From contig CAMCEM010000004.1 in NCBI GenBank assembly GCA_945873755.1, positions 1 to 57,844 of the forward strand: 57,844 nt of DNA, in the 5' to 3' direction. Positions within the stretch are counted from its first letter, which is position 1. Each line of letters begins with the position of its first letter. Below are positions 56,145 through 57,844 of the stretch, in pieces. A program made the translations under genes and the position numbers. Source of the DNA: Chitinophaga pinensis (GTDB lineage: Bacteria; Bacteroidota; Bacteroidia; UKL13-3). The notes under the pieces were generated by a model, which was not told where the DNA came from, searched no databases, and worked only from the letters and a program-made list of their open reading frames with translations.

Positions 56145-57844
56145 TTAAAATTTAAAATTCCATGAAACAGATGGCAAAATTGGAAATAAATATACCATGT
56201 ATGCCTTTACTTCTAACTTATCAATGTCGGGTAAAAAGTAAATAAAGTATGGATTTGCTCGGTTGTAAATATTGTAAATACTAAAGTTCCAAGAACTTTC
56301 CCATGTTTTTGTTTTTTTATTTATATAAACAAAACTCAAGTCAGCCCTGTGGTATGCAGGTAATCTAAAAGCATTTATTTTGTCATACACATCAATAAAA
56401 GTAAACTTTGGTTCATTATCAATTGGATCATATCCTATTCTATATGCATAGCGCGAGGTAGGTAATGTTACTGCGTTTCCTGTTCCATAAACAAAAACCA
56501 AAGTAGCCGACCATTTTTTATTTATTGTATAACTTATAACTGTTGAAAAATCGTGTGTTCTGTCGTACCTAAAAAAATAGGCTTCACCTTTATTTAATTG
56601 ATCAAATTGCCTATAAGCCCTACTCCAAGTATAACCAATCCAACCATTCCACCTACCTGCTTTTTTCTTTACATATAATTCTAATCCGTATGCTTCACCT
56701 TTTCCAAAAACCATTTCGTTTTCTAAATTAGCATTTAAAAACAACCTCGAAAATGGCTTAAATTCAATTTGGTTATCCATTTTTTTATAATACGCCTCCG
56801 CACTTGCCTCGTATCGGTTATTTTTAAAATTTCTAAAATACCCCATTGCCCATTGGTTGGCTTCTTGAGGCTTTACTTTTGCAGAACTAGGAATCCATAA
56901 ATCGACAGGAAGTTGAGCACCACTTGTGGTGGCTAAGTGAATAAACTGATAAGTAAGCGTATATGATGCTTTAATTGAAGACTCCTCATTTATTAAATAA
57001 TTTACATTTAAACGAGGTTCTAATCTGGGATAAAAAGCAATGCTTTCATTGAAACCATATTTTACTGATTCACCGGTTTTTAAATTTTGATCATCAAAAA
57101 TATCTTGAGTAAAAGGCCCAACTCTATTAAATGCAACTCCACGTAAGCCAGCATTTATGCTCCAACGGTAGTTTATTTGCCATTCGTCTAATGCATAAAC
57201 GGCAAATTCATGGGCATATTGTTTACTTATTTCTTCGTTAAACGAAATGGTGCCTGATGAACCACTAGCAATACCTGGAGTAAATGTATGAAAAATATAA
57301 TTAGCGCCAAATTTTATTAAATGTTTATCGGCAGCATACCAAGTAAAATCCGATTTTAAGTTCCAATCGTTTAAACCTGAACGAACACTGAAGCCATTAG
57401 AAGCAAATTTAAAATCGTTATATAAATCGTATCGATTATATATCAATGAAGTATTGCAAAATAATTTTGGTTTAAAAATATGGTTCCATCTCAAAGTTGC
57501 AGTTGCATTTCCCCATCCAAAATCTAGGTTAACCAATTTATTGGTAGGACTTGTAAAATTTAAAACATCTCTTCCAAAATACGAAGACAAGTAAATTTTA
57601 TCTTTAGTACCAATTTGCCAATTTATCTTTAAATTTAAATCGTAAAAGTAATAGGCGTTTCCTTTGGCTTCATTAGGTAAAAAAGGCCGAGCCAAAATAT
57701 CAATATATGTTCTTCGGCCAGCAACTAAAAAGCTACTTTTACCTTTTTTTATAGGCCCTTCGGTACTAAACCGCGAAGCTATTAAACCTACACCCCCATT
57801 ATACTCGTACTTTTGGTTATTGCCTTCGCGCATGCTTACGTTTA
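56145..57844 (-). CDS. TonB-dependent receptor, C-terminal barrel portion (5' end outside the window)
   Basis: The frame is open to the window edge (..NVSMREGNNQ..). Alternating beta-strand pattern with a C-terminal ...SVSWNFKF aromatic terminus. Confidence 0.8.
   Translation of the reverse strand, partial: NVSMREGNNQKYEYNGGVGLIASRFSTEGPIKKGKSSFLVAGRRTYIDILARPFLPNEAKGNAYYFYDLNLKINWQIGTKDKIYLSSYFGRDVLNFTSPTNKLVNLDFGWGNATATLRWNHIFKPKLFCNTSLIYNRYDLYNDFKFASNGFSVRSGLNDWNLKSDFTWYAADKHLIKFGANYIFHTFTPGIASGSSGTISFNEEISKQYAHEFAVYALDEWQINYRWSINAGLRGVAFNRVGPFTQDIFDDQNLKTGESVKYGFNESIAFYPRLEPRLNVNYLINEESSIKASYTLTYQFIHLATTSGAQLPVDLWIPSSAKVKPQEANQWAMGYFRNFKNNRYEASAEAYYKKMDNQIEFKPFSRLFLNANLENEMVFGKGEAYGLELYVKKKAGRWNGWIGYTWSRAYRQFDQLNKGEAYFFRYDRTHDFSTVISYTINKKWSATLVFVYGTGNAVTLPTSRYAYRIGYDPIDNEPKFTFIDVYDKINAFRLPAYHRADLSFVYINKKTKTWESSWNFSIYNIYNRANPYFIYFLPDIDKLEVKAYMVYLFPILPSVSWNFKF

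Overview
A 57.8 kb chromosomal segment from an AT-rich Bacteroidota genome. It is probably Flavobacteriia-like (inference): there are at least five proteins with T9SS C-terminal sorting domains, a GldE-like CNNM protein, and DUF1573/DUF4249/DUF4139 families. Most of it is densely packed housekeeping: purC, rnc-fabF-acpP, upp, nth, rnhA, selD, a beta-carbonic anhydrase next to a SulP transporter, coaE, yajC, nusB, a Leu/Val-type dehydrogenase, priA, two tandem csp genes, alaS, a DbpA-like helicase, miaA, folD and a partial TonB-dependent receptor. I recognised no rRNA, tRNA or CRISPR. Four things stand out. (1) A five-gene minus-strand cluster of uncharacterised envelope proteins (43447..48258) sits opposite a divergent XRE-type regulator. 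Within it, a signal-peptide ORF and a T9SS-CTD ORF share one reading frame split by a single TGA. (2) Two more genes are disrupted: a RelE/ParE-like toxin with a frameshift plus TGA next to an intact antitoxin, and a small membrane protein with an in-frame TAA. (3) Several families of GC-rich, hairpin-forming repeats fill the few large intergenic gaps of this ~30% GC sequence. They include a ~140 bp-period tandem array, a 63 bp tandem terminator-like duplication, and direct repeats bracketing a small GIY-YIG nuclease gene. (4) A tightly coupled DUF3109 / orphan ABC ATPase / selD operon. All functional calls come from reading motifs in the supplied translations; no database search was run.
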